The notes below the pieces were generated by a model that saw nothing but the letters and a program-made list of their open reading frames with translations, searched no databases and was not told the DNA's origin. A program made the position numbers and the translations under genes. Positions 39,268-51,400 of a stretch of DNA of 64,000 nt are shown in pieces; the first letter of the stretch is position 1, and each line of letters begins with the position of its first letter. The DNA is taken from the IMG/VR virus record IMGVR_UViG_3300025084_000006. One strand, given 5' to 3'. Origin of the DNA: a virus.

Positions 39268-41024
39268 TAGTTAGGACGCACGTCGTACCAATTGGAGTTT
39301 ATTAATGGATCATCGTCATCAAACCTAACTTGTATTGGTTTGTTTGATTTAATTTCAACAGCAACATCAATATCACTTACAATAATAGGATCACTGAGAA
39401 CAATATCAAAATCAGGTGCTTCTACATCATCTGATGGTATTTGTTCTAAACTATTTGGTAGAGTAATATTATCGGGTAATTCATCAACATTAACATTTAT
39501 AGTTTCTAATTGATTTGTAACTCCTCCCGCACCATTGGAAGACAAAGAAATATCTATAGCAAATACACCATGTAAACCATATGGAATATTAGCAACAACA
39601 TTACCTGTTTTCTCTGCACCTGATTCATCCGAACTAGTTCCAGATAAAAATACATTTTGTACTTGAGTTTCGTTCAAACCAGTAGTGGAATTTCTCATAG
39701 TATATGTAATAGTTCCATTGACACCACCACTAGCGTATCTATATGTTACTGGAAATTCTAAAGTATCTCCATAATCTATATTAGTTGGAACATTATAACT
39801 AATTTCTGGTAATTGATATACTGAAATTGTTACACTATCACTATCAGTACCACCAAGACCACTAGCACTAATTGTGTACGTAGTGCTGGTTGATGGTGAA
39901 ACTGAAGTATTTGATGTTAAAACAACAGCACCAATACCTTGATTAATAGATGCTGTGGTGCCACCAGCACCAGAAACAACCCAATTCAATGTAGAATTTT
40001 GTCCAACAATTATTGAGTTAGGGGATGCAGAAATGGTAGCAATTGTTGGTGGATAAACTGTAATGCTAGCATCTGCTGTATCATTACCTGCTAATCCAAT
40101 TGCAGTCATTGTATAAGTTCTAGAACTACCAGGACTAATTGTAGTTGAACCAGAAACACCAACAGAACCAATACCTTGATTGATACTTCTTGATGTAGAG
40201 TCAGCAGTACTCCACGACAATGTGGCAGATTGTCCAGCAATTATAGTATTAGGTGATATAGTAAATGAAGTGATCTCGGCAATTGTGACTGTGAATGATA
40301 GCGTCATGCTACCATTACCACTATTGGTTGACTGATTAACAAAACTAACTTTACTGCTGTTGTATCTGGAAGTTCCACCGCCTCCTCCACCGCCGCCATA
40401 GTTACAATCAACACCTTGACCGCCTCCACCGCCGCCTGAAGAACCGCCGCCTCCACCGCCTCCGCCTCCGCCGTCTCCACCACCAGGAGAACCGCCGCCG
40501 CCACCATTAGATAAACCAACACCACCAGATGAAAACCCACCACCAGTGCCGCCAGTGCCACCAGGACGTTGAGCACCACCACATGAGTAGGATCCACCTC
40601 CACCACCGCCACCGCCTCCAGCGGTAACTACAATATTTCCACCCAAATAAAATACAGATGCTGCTCCCCCACCTGCTCCACAACCAGACCATCCACTAGT
40701 TCCATCATCACCACCTTTGCCACCTTTGCCACTTCCACCAGCAATATTTCCGCCAGGACCACCAACAGCAGCACCAGATCCACCAGGACCATTACTACCT
40801 CTAGCACCCCATCTACCAAGAAAAGATCTATTGCTATTTGATGTTGGAATATTAAAATTACCAGATCTACCATTACCTCCACCGCCACCAGGACCACCAG
40901 AGTCAAAACCTCCAGAACCTCCTGATCCTGCTGCAATACTTAAAGAAATATTTTGAGCACCACCAGGAATTGTTCCTGATTGACCCCCAAATGGTATGTT
41001 GTAACTAACAGGTGATGAACTCAT
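39267..41024 (-). CDS. putative fibre-tip/adhesin paralog 2 (glycine-rich N-terminus, Ig/PKD-like repeats)
   Basis: Poly-Gly-rich domain, then INQGIG repeats and the shared C-terminal module. Confidence 0.7.
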   Translation of the reverse strand: MSSSPVSYNIPFGGQSGTIPGGAQNISLSIAAGSGGSGGFDSGGPGGGGGNGRSGNFNIPTSNSNRSFLGRWGARGSNGPGGSGAAVGGPGGNIAGGSGKGGKGGDDGTSGWSGCGAGGGAASVFYLGGNIVVTAGGGGGGGGGSYSCGGAQRPGGTGGTGGGFSSGGVGLSNGGGGGSPGGGDGGGGGGGGGGSSGGGGGGQGVDCNYGGGGGGGGTSRYNSSKVSFVNQSTNSGNGSMTLSFTVTIAEITSFTISPNTIIAGQSATLSWSTADSTSRSINQGIGSVGVSGSTTISPGSSRTYTMTAIGLAGNDTADASITVYPPTIATISASPNSIIVGQNSTLNWVVSGAGGTTASINQGIGAVVLTSNTSVSPSTSTTYTISASGLGGTDSDSVTISVYQLPEISYNVPTNIDYGDTLEFPVTYRYASGGVNGTITYTMRNSTTGLNETQVQNVFLSGTSSDESGAEKTGNVVANIPYGLHGVFAIDISLSSNGAGGVTNQLETINVNVDELPDNITLPNSLEQIPSDDVEAPDFDIVLSDPIIVSDIDVAVEIKSNKPIQVRFDDDDPLINSNWYDVRPN

Positions 41025-42853
41025 TAAACGTCCCTACTTCTTACATCTTTCCAATTTGCTTCAATTAGAGGATCAGCATCGTCAAACCTAACTTGAATTG
41101 GTTTGTCTGATCTAATTTCAACAGGAATATCAATATCCGTGACAACAATGGGGTCACTGAGAACAATATCAATTTCTGGTGCTTCTACGTCATCAGATGG
41201 TATTTGTTCTAAACTATCTGGTATAGTAATATTATCAGGTAACTCATCAATTTCAATAGTTAATGTTGGAGTAACATTTACATTAGTTGTTCCACCACAT
41301 CCCTGTGCTGATAAACTATATGAAATAAACTCAGGTCCAAAATCAGTATATACAATGGATGAATTAAATGTTTCAGTTTTTTGTGTAATATTTTTGTCAC
41401 TATCATTGCCTGCCAAGTCAAATACAACATTAGCAACACTACCATCAGTATAAGTCATCAATGCTGTTACTTGAACAGTTGGTGCTGCAGCATATGTAAT
41501 ATCTACATTAAATTGTTCCCCATAATCTATATTAGCTGGGAAATTGGCACTAATTTGAGGTATTTGACAAACATTAGCTGTTACACTAGCAGTATCAGTA
41601 CCTCCAGGACCACTAGCAGTAATAGTATATGTAGTTGATGTAGATGGACTAACAGGAGTATTTGATGTCAGTAGTACAGCACCAATACCTTGATTAATAG
41701 TTGCTGTATCAGCATCACCACTAACAACCCAAGACAAAGTTGGAGTTTGACCGACTGTAATTGGGTTAGGATTAATAAAAATAGTAGCAACTGTCGGTTC
41801 ATAAACAGTTAGATCTACACTTTTTGTAGTTGTAGATCCTAATGCACCACCGAAATTTTTTGCAGTTATAGTGTAAGTACGTGATACACTCGGATTAACT
41901 ACTATACTACCATTTAATCCAAGTGGTAAAACATTACCAATTCCATTATTAATTGATAGAAAATCAACATTAACACCAGTAACATCCCAACTTAACGTGG
42001 CAGAACCAGGGTCAATATAGTTATTAGGAGTAATTGTAAACGTAACTGTTGGTGGAGGTGGAGGTAATACCGTAACAGTGACTTGTCGTGTCGTAGTACC
42101 AGCAGGACCAACAACAGTTAAAGTATAATTTGTTGATGATGTTGGATTAACAGTAATAGTACCTGATGGATCAGAAACTACTCCTACATCTGGTAATATA
42201 TTTGCTGATGTAGTGTCTCCAAATACAATCCACGATAGTACTGCAGTTCCATTATATGGAATAGTAACACCACTTTGCTCATTAAAGTTAGTCTGATGAT
42301 TGGGATCTGTAGAGAATGATGCCGATGGAGGAAAATCAACTGCCTGATCTGCAGACCATCTTTCACCTTGATCACTCTCTTCATAAACAACATTAATACC
42401 TTCTGCTGCACATCGTTCAATAAAATAGTTGTACGACGCTAGTACAGTAGATTTTCTCATCGAACCCGAAACGTCTAGCCACAAGGATACATAAGAACCT
42501 GGTGGTTGACTTCCTAGATTACAAATAGCAAACCAATCTGATCTTGAAGCAACGTTGCCGTTATCTCTAGCAACTGTAACAGTATGAGTTAATGAGTCAT
42601 TAATATAACTGGTTGGTCTTAATAGTTGAGACTGAGTTCGTCCTGGTTGTAGTAACCAAAACTCTCTACCAGTACCACTATTGTTGGGATATAAATCTCT
42701 AAATCTGGTCCAATCGTTAGCAATCGCCTGTGCGCTGCTACTTACACTTTGTGGATAAGGTGCTGGTGGTGGAAAACTATTATAATTATTTCTTGCCTGA
42801 TTACCAACCGATTCGTCAATAATTGATATACATTGTGTCCTTGGAACTACCAT
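41024..42853 (-). CDS. putative fibre-tip/adhesin paralog 1 (VWA-like N-terminus, Ig/PKD-like repeats)
   Basis: LWLDVSGSM (MIDAS DxSxS), INQGIG repeats, shared C-terminal module. Confidence 0.7.
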   Translation of the reverse strand: MVVPRTQCISIIDESVGNQARNNYNSFPPPAPYPQSVSSSAQAIANDWTRFRDLYPNNSGTGREFWLLQPGRTQSQLLRPTSYINDSLTHTVTVARDNGNVASRSDWFAICNLGSQPPGSYVSLWLDVSGSMRKSTVLASYNYFIERCAAEGINVVYEESDQGERWSADQAVDFPPSASFSTDPNHQTNFNEQSGVTIPYNGTAVLSWIVFGDTTSANILPDVGVVSDPSGTITVNPTSSTNYTLTVVGPAGTTTRQVTVTVLPPPPPTVTFTITPNNYIDPGSATLSWDVTGVNVDFLSINNGIGNVLPLGLNGSIVVNPSVSRTYTITAKNFGGALGSTTTKSVDLTVYEPTVATIFINPNPITVGQTPTLSWVVSGDADTATINQGIGAVLLTSNTPVSPSTSTTYTITASGPGGTDTASVTANVCQIPQISANFPANIDYGEQFNVDITYAAAPTVQVTALMTYTDGSVANVVFDLAGNDSDKNITQKTETFNSSIVYTDFGPEFISYSLSAQGCGGTTNVNVTPTLTIEIDELPDNITIPDSLEQIPSDDVEAPEIDIVLSDPIVVTDIDIPVEIRSDKPIQVRFDDADPLIEANWKDVRSRDV

Positions 42854-42865
42854 ATCTCAACCTCC

Positions 42866-43756
42866 TCAAATTTTAATAATGTAACTAACAATAATGAATG
42901 GAGTAACCACATCATCCAACTTAGTGATTCTTTCTGTGGAAATATTTAATACAGTATTCACATTATCAGCAGGGATTGGAAATACAGTATGCTGATATTG
43001 AAAATTTTGAGTGTAAAGTGTTGGTTTGGCAATTTTATGTGTGTGCGATGATAATGCCGACGTATTTGAATTTGAAACGTCTAGAACATTACCAGAACCT
43101 GAGTTACCAATATCTTGTCCATCATCTTTACCATCACCACCAACAATATGAGATGTAGTATAGTTTAGATATCCTACATCAGCATCATGAGCATGTCCTT
43201 GAAAGTTTTCGATATCAAGGAATTGTTCTGTTGATGTAGTTTCAAATTGATATTTGGGACTAGATTTAAAATCATAATTAGTTGAAACAGGAACTCCTTC
43301 AAAACTACCAATAAAGTCACATGTTAGTTGAGTTCCTTCATTACAAATAACTTCTGCTGCTGGTCCTACTCTATATTCATCTGTATCACCAACAGTTGTT
43401 GAAAGATAATCACCAACACTTCTGCTAGGAATAATAACTTTTGATCCTAAGTCAGGTAATTGAAATTGTCCTAGATCTCCAGTTTCTTCATCTGGTTCTC
43501 TAAGATCAACATTTAGTTTTTTAAATTTAGATTCACTACCTACACCTAATACCTTACTTAAGGCAAGATATTTTTGAGCATTTTGAATTGACCCATCACA
43601 CTTCAAAAATCCTGCGGGAATAATTTCCTGAAACGATGTAAAATTTGGATCATTTACACTACCAAGTGACGATGTTGCATGAGTTTGGATAGATCCAATA
43701 AATCCACCAAAATGTGCTTTAATTTGAGAGTAGTTATTATTGGTATTAAATGCCAT
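42866..43756 (-). CDS. tail-collar domain protein
   Basis: PAGFLKCDGS...FQLPDLGSK; HAH/HTH; C-terminal YIIKI. Confidence 0.85.
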   Translation of the reverse strand: MAFNTNNNYSQIKAHFGGFIGSIQTHATSSLGSVNDPNFTSFQEIIPAGFLKCDGSIQNAQKYLALSKVLGVGSESKFKKLNVDLREPDEETGDLGQFQLPDLGSKVIIPSRSVGDYLSTTVGDTDEYRVGPAAEVICNEGTQLTCDFIGSFEGVPVSTNYDFKSSPKYQFETTSTEQFLDIENFQGHAHDADVGYLNYTTSHIVGGDGKDDGQDIGNSGSGNVLDVSNSNTSALSSHTHKIAKPTLYTQNFQYQHTVFPIPADNVNTVLNISTERITKLDDVVTPFIIVSYIIKI

Positions 43757-43757
43757 T

Positions 43758-45452
43758 TTAATATGCTCGGATTACGTAGACACATGTCATGCCTGGTTGT
43801 GTCGTGTTGAGGTTTATTTGGAAAACACCAACATTTCTAGAATTATCTAGGTTTAAATTATCATTAGGAGCAGTAACATACACATTGATACTATTTTCTG
43901 GTCTCATTCCTGCTCTATCAAAGTTAACATCAAATTCATCATGGGTATGAGCAAGAATTTGATCCTGTGTTGCTGTTGATGGACTTTTTACTCCAAAATC
44001 CCAACCAGGATTACTATTAAATGTATCATAAGTATCGAATGCAGAAGGCGCAGATAGTCCAGAATCTGACGTTCCAGCATATTCTAGAAGATCAGGATAC
44101 CAGTTTGTAAGACCTGACCCTATATTTGCAATAGGAATTCCACCGATACCATAATCAACATCTCTTTTTTCTCCAGGACCTTTATTAAAACCAAAGATAC
44201 CACCAGACAGAGCACCCTTCTTCAAACCAACACCTTCATTAAATGTTCTGTGGTTTAGTGGTTGATTAAGCTCTGCTTGAATGGGAGTATAAGTAACCTG
44301 CTTTGGTGTCCAGTTAACTGGTGGACTTTCTGCATTAATGATAGCAAGCGTTCTGCCTGGTTGTCCACCACCAAGACCAGATCTGCCTCTATTGTAGTCT
44401 CCCATAGTATACTCTAGATCAAATTCATTATCATTTGTAATAAAAATATCACTATCACTAGTTTGAACTTCTGCAGTAAAGTTAAAGTTCAAAGATGACC
44501 ATGGAATAACACCTTCTCCAGGTTGTGTAGTAGGATTAACTTTAATAGTATCATATCTACCACCATGCCCATGTCCCTTAATATGTCCTCTACCCAATTT
44601 TCTAGGTCCAAAGAACATAACTTTACTACCTTCACCTGATCCAGGAATGACTATATTACCCTGTAACTTACCACCATAGTAATAATCTACTCCACCACCA
44701 GATCCAGGTGTTGTATTTCTTTCGTTTAATTCAAATACAACATCGGTTGCAACATCATTAAAAGATGTGGGCACACCAGTGTCGCTATTTGCTCCAATAT
44801 ATGGTGTAATTTGTGTAAATGCATCCGACTCTTGGTCAAATGCTCTGCCTGTAGGAGTACCAGGACCAAAATAATCTTCTTGAACATCAACCAATGGTCT
44901 GTTTAAAAGATTTGGAAGAACAATTTCGCCAGCATAATTCGGAAACTCTCCACCAAAAGTAGAAACAGATCCCTGCTTAATTGACTGAACAGCAACAGAC
45001 ATATCAGAACCATTACCAGAGTTACCTCCAGGAATACTTAATACATCACCAACAACATAATTAACACCTGGTGCTAAAAGTTGGAATGTAACTGTACCAC
45101 CTACACCATTAGGAGCATTGCCTGATTGGGTGCCAGCATCGCCTACAATGATAGCAAAGTTAGCTCCACCCCCACTACCATCTAAAGGTGAATAGATGTA
45201 TGTTCCAGGTATTCTTCCTGCTTGTACTGCTGCAGTTCCAGCAAAATTTTCAATTAGACCTTCAGTTACTGCTGTTGATAGATTATATGTATCTCCAATT
45301 GCTCTAGACAGCAAAGGAAAATCACCTGCACTAATCTGTGATCCATCACAAGGAATCCACCCATTGGGGATACTTGAGATACCCCCTGTCCATGGCATGA
45401 TTGTACCAATAGCAGCTGCTTTGGCAGTTCTTATTTCCTGATAGAATGACAT
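43758..45452 (-). CDS. tail-collar domain fibre protein
   Basis: IGTIMPWTG...IPNGWIPCDG...LPNL; C-terminal YVIRAY. Confidence 0.85.
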   Translation of the reverse strand: MSFYQEIRTAKAAAIGTIMPWTGGISSIPNGWIPCDGSQISAGDFPLLSRAIGDTYNLSTAVTEGLIENFAGTAAVQAGRIPGTYIYSPLDGSGGGANFAIIVGDAGTQSGNAPNGVGGTVTFQLLAPGVNYVVGDVLSIPGGNSGNGSDMSVAVQSIKQGSVSTFGGEFPNYAGEIVLPNLLNRPLVDVQEDYFGPGTPTGRAFDQESDAFTQITPYIGANSDTGVPTSFNDVATDVVFELNERNTTPGSGGGVDYYYGGKLQGNIVIPGSGEGSKVMFFGPRKLGRGHIKGHGHGGRYDTIKVNPTTQPGEGVIPWSSLNFNFTAEVQTSDSDIFITNDNEFDLEYTMGDYNRGRSGLGGGQPGRTLAIINAESPPVNWTPKQVTYTPIQAELNQPLNHRTFNEGVGLKKGALSGGIFGFNKGPGEKRDVDYGIGGIPIANIGSGLTNWYPDLLEYAGTSDSGLSAPSAFDTYDTFNSNPGWDFGVKSPSTATQDQILAHTHDEFDVNFDRAGMRPENSINVYVTAPNDNLNLDNSRNVGVFQINLNTTQPGMTCVYVIRAY

Positions 45453-45455
45453 TCC

Positions 45456-48400
45456 TTATACGTCCATTAGATACCAACCTGCTTTATTGGGGTTAGCGCC
45501 TCCGTTACCATCGGCATCAACCTCACCACAGAACACAAGACCAAATGCAGCATTTGGAGTTTGAACAACCAATTCACCGCCGTTATGTGTTAGTGAGAAG
45601 TTTTCGCCAAGAGTGTTTCCTGTTACGGTAGTGCCTGTATTACTTTGAGATCCTTGAACATTGACTAGAGATTGTGCTCTAACAACCAAAGACTTATCGT
45701 AAGATAGGATACCACTAATATCTATAATGCGAACCATGTCGCCCATTTGAGCATTAACAGGTAACTTGAATAGTGTTGTACCAGAGACATCAACAAAGTA
45801 ATTGACATTTGCATCAGCATTGATAATGCTAGTATTAGCAACAACCCACTTCATACCACCAGTAGGTGAGATGTAGTTAGAAATTCCAGCAATATTGAGG
45901 GATCCGTCATCGTCAACTGCAAAGACTTCATTACCATTTTGATTAACAACGAAGTCTCCACCATTGACTGTTAGGTCACCAGCAATTTGAACAGGACCAC
46001 CGAATTTAGATAGTCCATCACCTTCAGCAGATAGAGAACCATAAACTGTAAGATCGCCTGCACCTGTAAGGGTTAAACGTTCAGTTGTACCATCAACAGC
46101 ATAGATGTTAAGGTTACCCCCGTTCATCGTTACATTGCCATTAGCAGTATCGATTTCAAATGTAGTTCTTAGCGGAGTAGCAACTGTAACACCATCGTTC
46201 TGGAAAGAAGGACCGCCATTGGTGATGGTAAAGAATTGCTGGTTAACAATCGTAGATCCATTTAGTGTCAGTGTATTTTCAATAGTCGTAGTGCCATTGA
46301 TATTAGTGTTACCATTTGCACCATTGATAGTAAACTGATTGAATCCAAGTCCAATACCAACATTACCTGCAATAGTAGTGTCACCAGTAGTAGAGTTAAC
46401 TCTAAAGTTTTCTACCGCAGGTGATCCACCATCGTTAACAATCAATGCTTGAACATCGGTGCTAATAACATCAGCAATACCAACAATTTCAGCGCCATCT
46501 AGTCTCAATAAGTCAAGAGTAGTTAGAACGCCACCAAACTCAGCAACACCAATTCTTACATTAGCAGTAGAGCTATCAATACCTGATCTAGGTTCGTCAA
46601 TAATGCCATCTGGTACTGTTGGTTGACCAGGTGATCCAATATCCTTACCAGTAATGAAGGATGCAGCAGGTTGCTTATCAAGTTTAGCAATTACTGTGCC
46701 ATCAGGGTGATCGATCCAACCAGAACGACCCAGAGAAGTTTGTGTTGTAGGATCACCAGTACCTTCTTCTGCTCTTGTAACAGAGATTCTGAATCCTTGA
46801 CCATCACTAGGATTAGTTACGTTATCTAATCCAACAACACGCATGATCTCAGACTTTGCTTGATCACGCAGACCTGTAATAGAACCGCCACCAGTAACAA
46901 TAATGTTGTTAGGAGATGCAGAGTTACCACGATCAAGAAGAATTAGATCACCGATATCAAAGTCGCCAGCTCCAGGTGTACTGATTGGTAGGATGAATAC
47001 ATCACTAGAATCAGTAACTCCATTAATATCCAGAGTAATATCTGGAGCACCACCGCCACCAATTAAGGAGTCGGCAATCGTTAGTTGCTGATTATCAGCA
47101 TATCCAGTACCAGTTGAAACAACCTCTACTGATACTGTTCCATCAAATGCAACCGAAATATCGAATGCAGCACCACTACCACTACCACCAGTAGCGAATC
47201 TAAACGCATATTGTCCAGAAACACGCAAGTTAGAAGGATCAGGTGCTTGTAGGTTATCAAATCCAGAGATTCTACCACCACCAGCAATGTCCTGACTACC
47301 ACCCCAAAGTCTTACACCAGGAGTATCAATTACTCTACCAGTACTCTTATACTTGTAGAAGTCAATGTTAGGAGTATCAAGGGATCCTAGGTTGTGAAGA
47401 CTAATAGGAGTAGAGAATCTTTCTCTTACAATTTCAATGATACCTGCAGTTGTACCACCATCAAGGATAATACTGGAATCAACTGTTGCAGATGCTTGAA
47501 CTTTCAGGGAGTTTCTAATGGTAGTTGTACCACCAAGAGATGCAATTGTAATCTTATTTGCTTTAGTAAACGCTTCAACTTGTTGCGTTCTATCATCATC
47601 AAATAGTCTTGCTTTACCAGTTTGAGTGAAGATTCTTGCTTCACCAGTACCAGCAGCAACTTTACTGCCAACCTCTAATGTACCACCAGTGATAGTTTGT
47701 GCAGATCCTAGAACAACCTTGGAGTCTGCATTTCCCCATGCACCACCGATGAAGACTTGAGAATCCTTATCAGCATCATCAGCAACTGTTGCAATGTCTA
47801 CAAATGCATTTTCTGATAGAGCATGAACACTGAAGATTGATCTAGGTACGTTCGTACCAATTCTTACTGTTTGGAAGTCAGCATTAGCACCAATAGTGAT
47901 CGTTTGATCATTACTGGTATTACTGAACATATCAATCAGTTGTGCATCACCAGCAAAGTTCAGGATTGTAGCATTGTTATTAATTAGATTAAATGCTTGT
48001 GATGTAGTGTTAATATCACCACCATCGACACTGATGTCATCGGAGATCAAGAAATTACCAGTGATTCTACCATCACCAACAACAACCAAGTTACGATCTA
48101 GTTCTCTTTCAGGAGTAACACCAAGAGCAGTATTAATACCAACTCTACCACCAGCAGTGTAAGTAGTGCCAGGAGTTAAATCATCACTGGTTGCAACACG
48201 TAGAGTTGCAGGTTGATCAAGGTTATTACTATCACCACCGACTAGCAGTGCATTATCCTGAGGAATGAATCCCTTCTGGGTAAGTAGAGCACCTGTTAGA
48301 CCTTCACGCTGATCACTATTAAGATTACCAAGACCATTAATGTTGACTATGGTGTTTCCACCAGAATCTTGACCAACGTTATCGTAGCGGTTCTCTTGTA

Positions 48401-51400
48401 CAACACCATTGACATCGTATGAGACTAAAGTTTTACCAGAGATGAATGCAGTACCTACAACATCAAGGTTTGCGCGAGGAGTGGTGAACTCGTTAACATT
48501 GTTAGAGAGAACTGCATCAAAAGCAGTTCTTGCAACTGTGTTAACACCGAGTCTGTAATCTCCACGCTCATCTGTGTAAGTTCTGATTGTTTCAGCACCA
48601 AGAACACCTTGTTCTTTCCATTGCTTGGAAGAAACTTGAATGTCTCCACCAGCCCAATCTGTAGCAGTGTAGATAGTACCAGCACCAATCTCAGTTGAAA
48701 TCTGGAATTGGAATGTAACACCTGTTTCAGACCAAGTACCATCAACAACTTCCCAGTCACCATTAAGAACGTTGTTAGAGAAGTTAATGATTCTAATCTG
48801 AGAATCTTGCAGAATCTTGACATTCTCGTTAGTAAAGGTTGCAGCAAACTCAACTGTTAGATTCTTTGTTCCATCTGCAGTAATTCTAAAGATTTTAGCA
48901 GCAAAACTAGTGAATTTATTAGCAAGAATCCAACCAAGTGAACCAGACTCTCCAACATAGCTACCTTTGTATAGAAGATCGCCAGCGGCAGGATCTTTCA
49001 GTAGGTTGGCACCATACTCAACAACCTGAGTTCCATAGAATGCAGTATCTTCATCCTGCCAAGGTGTAAGGTTAGATGGTTCAGAACCAAGATAGTTAGT
49101 TCTCCAAGTGTAGGACTGACCATACTGAGCAGATGGTTTTGGACGAGCATTTAGAACAAATACAGCGGATCTAATCTTGTTACCAGAGAGTAAGATATCA
49201 CCATCTGATTGAGTTCTCCAAGAACCAGCAAACAATGTTTGATCTTCATCAGCAGAAATATTAGAGAGTACTCTAAGTGCATCGCCTTCAGATGCTTCAA
49301 CATTGATCTCAACAGGTCCGTTCAATGAGGACTTGCCAGCAACTACAATTGTAGAATTAAACGTTACTGGAGAATCGAATGTCGTAACAAGCGTTCCGAT
49401 GTTCTCATCATCATCCTCAGAATCAATCAATGAAGCAGATTCAAGGAATGTCTCTTCGCCAGTGATAGCGTTGACTTTCTTGTTACCAATATAGAGGTCG
49501 CCGTTAGAGTTTAGACCTGTGTAGAAGACGATACCACCATCTTCACGTTTTGCCTGAGCGTAGAAGTCTTGCTTATCAGTAAGAACAACTTCTTGGCGAA
49601 GTGGGAAACCAGTTGAATAGTTACCAGGACCGAATCCAAGATACTCAAATGTGTGGTTACCAGATCTAGCAATAGATGGTCTACGAAGTTCGACGTAAAG
49701 TTTACGTTCTGTTGGGAACTGCGAGTCTCCAGAGATTGGAATCAATCTATCTTCAGAACCAGAAGTTGCATTACCTTCTTGTCCTTGAATTCTGTTATCA
49801 ATAATGTTTCCATTACTATCTGTTGTTACATTGGTGTAAGTAAATCGATTTAGGAAAGAGTTAGAGATTGCATCGGTAATCATCTCTTTCGTTTCACTAC
49901 CCTTAGCATCGTTAACTGTTACCAAACCATGTACATAGTTGTCAGCAGCAGAAATTGTAGCAGGAACATCAACAATAGAAGTATCTCTAACACCTGTACC
50001 ACCATCAACTTGGAACCACAATGGGTCGTTCTTGTAGTTGATAGGATACAACTGAGAAATAGGTTGAGAGAACTTAAAGTTTCTGAAGTTCTCACCAACA
50101 CCAGATCCTTGTGGGAACGGAGAGATATTACCACGCAAGCAGGTTAGGTAGTAGATACCATCCTGTTGGTTTGCAATACGCTCTTGCAACGTATTAATAT
50201 CAAAGATGTAGAAGGAATCATCAAAGTTTCCTTGGTCTTCAATTGTTGCGACAAAGTATGCATTCTGACCAGTATCATCAGTAACAATATCACCAGGAGC
50301 AATAGTATAAACGTTTGCTCCTTCTACTCTATAGAGGTAGTTGTCACGTTTTGCTTTGTCTAGTCTTGCAATATCACCGAACGAGTTAGGAGTCTCGACG
50401 AGTTGAATTTGAACTGCACCTTGCTTGAACAGAACTACATTACCTGCAATGAAATCTAGTTCGCCAACAACACCTTTCAAGACTAAAACTGCTTGAGAAG
50501 TTTCAATATCATTAATGTATGATTGTAGATATGCTTCACCTTGTACTGTGCCGCCACCTACTGTCTCCCACGTAATCTTATTAGCATCATTACTTTGAGT
50601 TGCATTAGCAGTGAAGAATCCACCTTGCAGGAAGTTACAACGAACAACTGTGAAGATCTCGTTCTTAACAGACTGATTAACGATCGTGTGATCAAAGAGT
50701 GTTACCTCTAGGAACTCATCACTGGATCCTAGAATGGGTTGAACTTTACGTGCAGATTGAATCGTAGCAGAAATCTTAGAATCAAATTCAATTACCTTCG
50801 GTTCTAGATATGGATCGTAAAGATTTTGCTGTTCTGGTAGTAGATCAACAACAGATGGATCAATTGTTCTTACTTGATCAGCAATCAATTCTGACTTGTT
50901 TAGACCAATTTGCTCACCAGCATTGGTGGGGTTAAAGAACGATGCAACATTATTTGGGTTACCAGGAATAGGCTTCAGCAATACTCTTTGTGGAACTAAG
51001 CGACGTTTGTCATCAGTTCTACATTTGATAACGAAACCATTAAGGGGATCACGTACTGTCTCCAAGTAGGAAGGAACAACATAACGCATTCTATAAACAC
51101 GATCTTCCTTACCTCTTTCATCTTCAACACGAAGATAACGAGTATCAAGTGTAGGATCAGTCTTAGTTTGGAAATCATTGACCAGTTCTACACCACCATG
51201 GAATCTCGAAAGAATACTATAGCGATTATATGTGCCACTATTACCAGAATTTGACTCATCTTCAACATTAAGATACCACAAACCACTATTGTTTCCTGTT
51301 GTTGTAAACTCAGGGTCAAAGACTAGAGGTGATGGACGCTTATTAGCATAGAGATAGAAATTATTACCTGTTCCAGAAACAAACGTCAGTGCTCTGTCAC

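Noticed and set aside
40300-40970. Collagen-like repeat
   Set aside because: The region has poly-Gly runs, not G-X-Y triplets.
37765-42853. Diversity-generating retroelement (TR/VR) as an explanation for the repeats
   Set aside because: There is no reverse transcriptase in the window, and all repeat copies lie inside paralogous coding genes with no separate template repeat.
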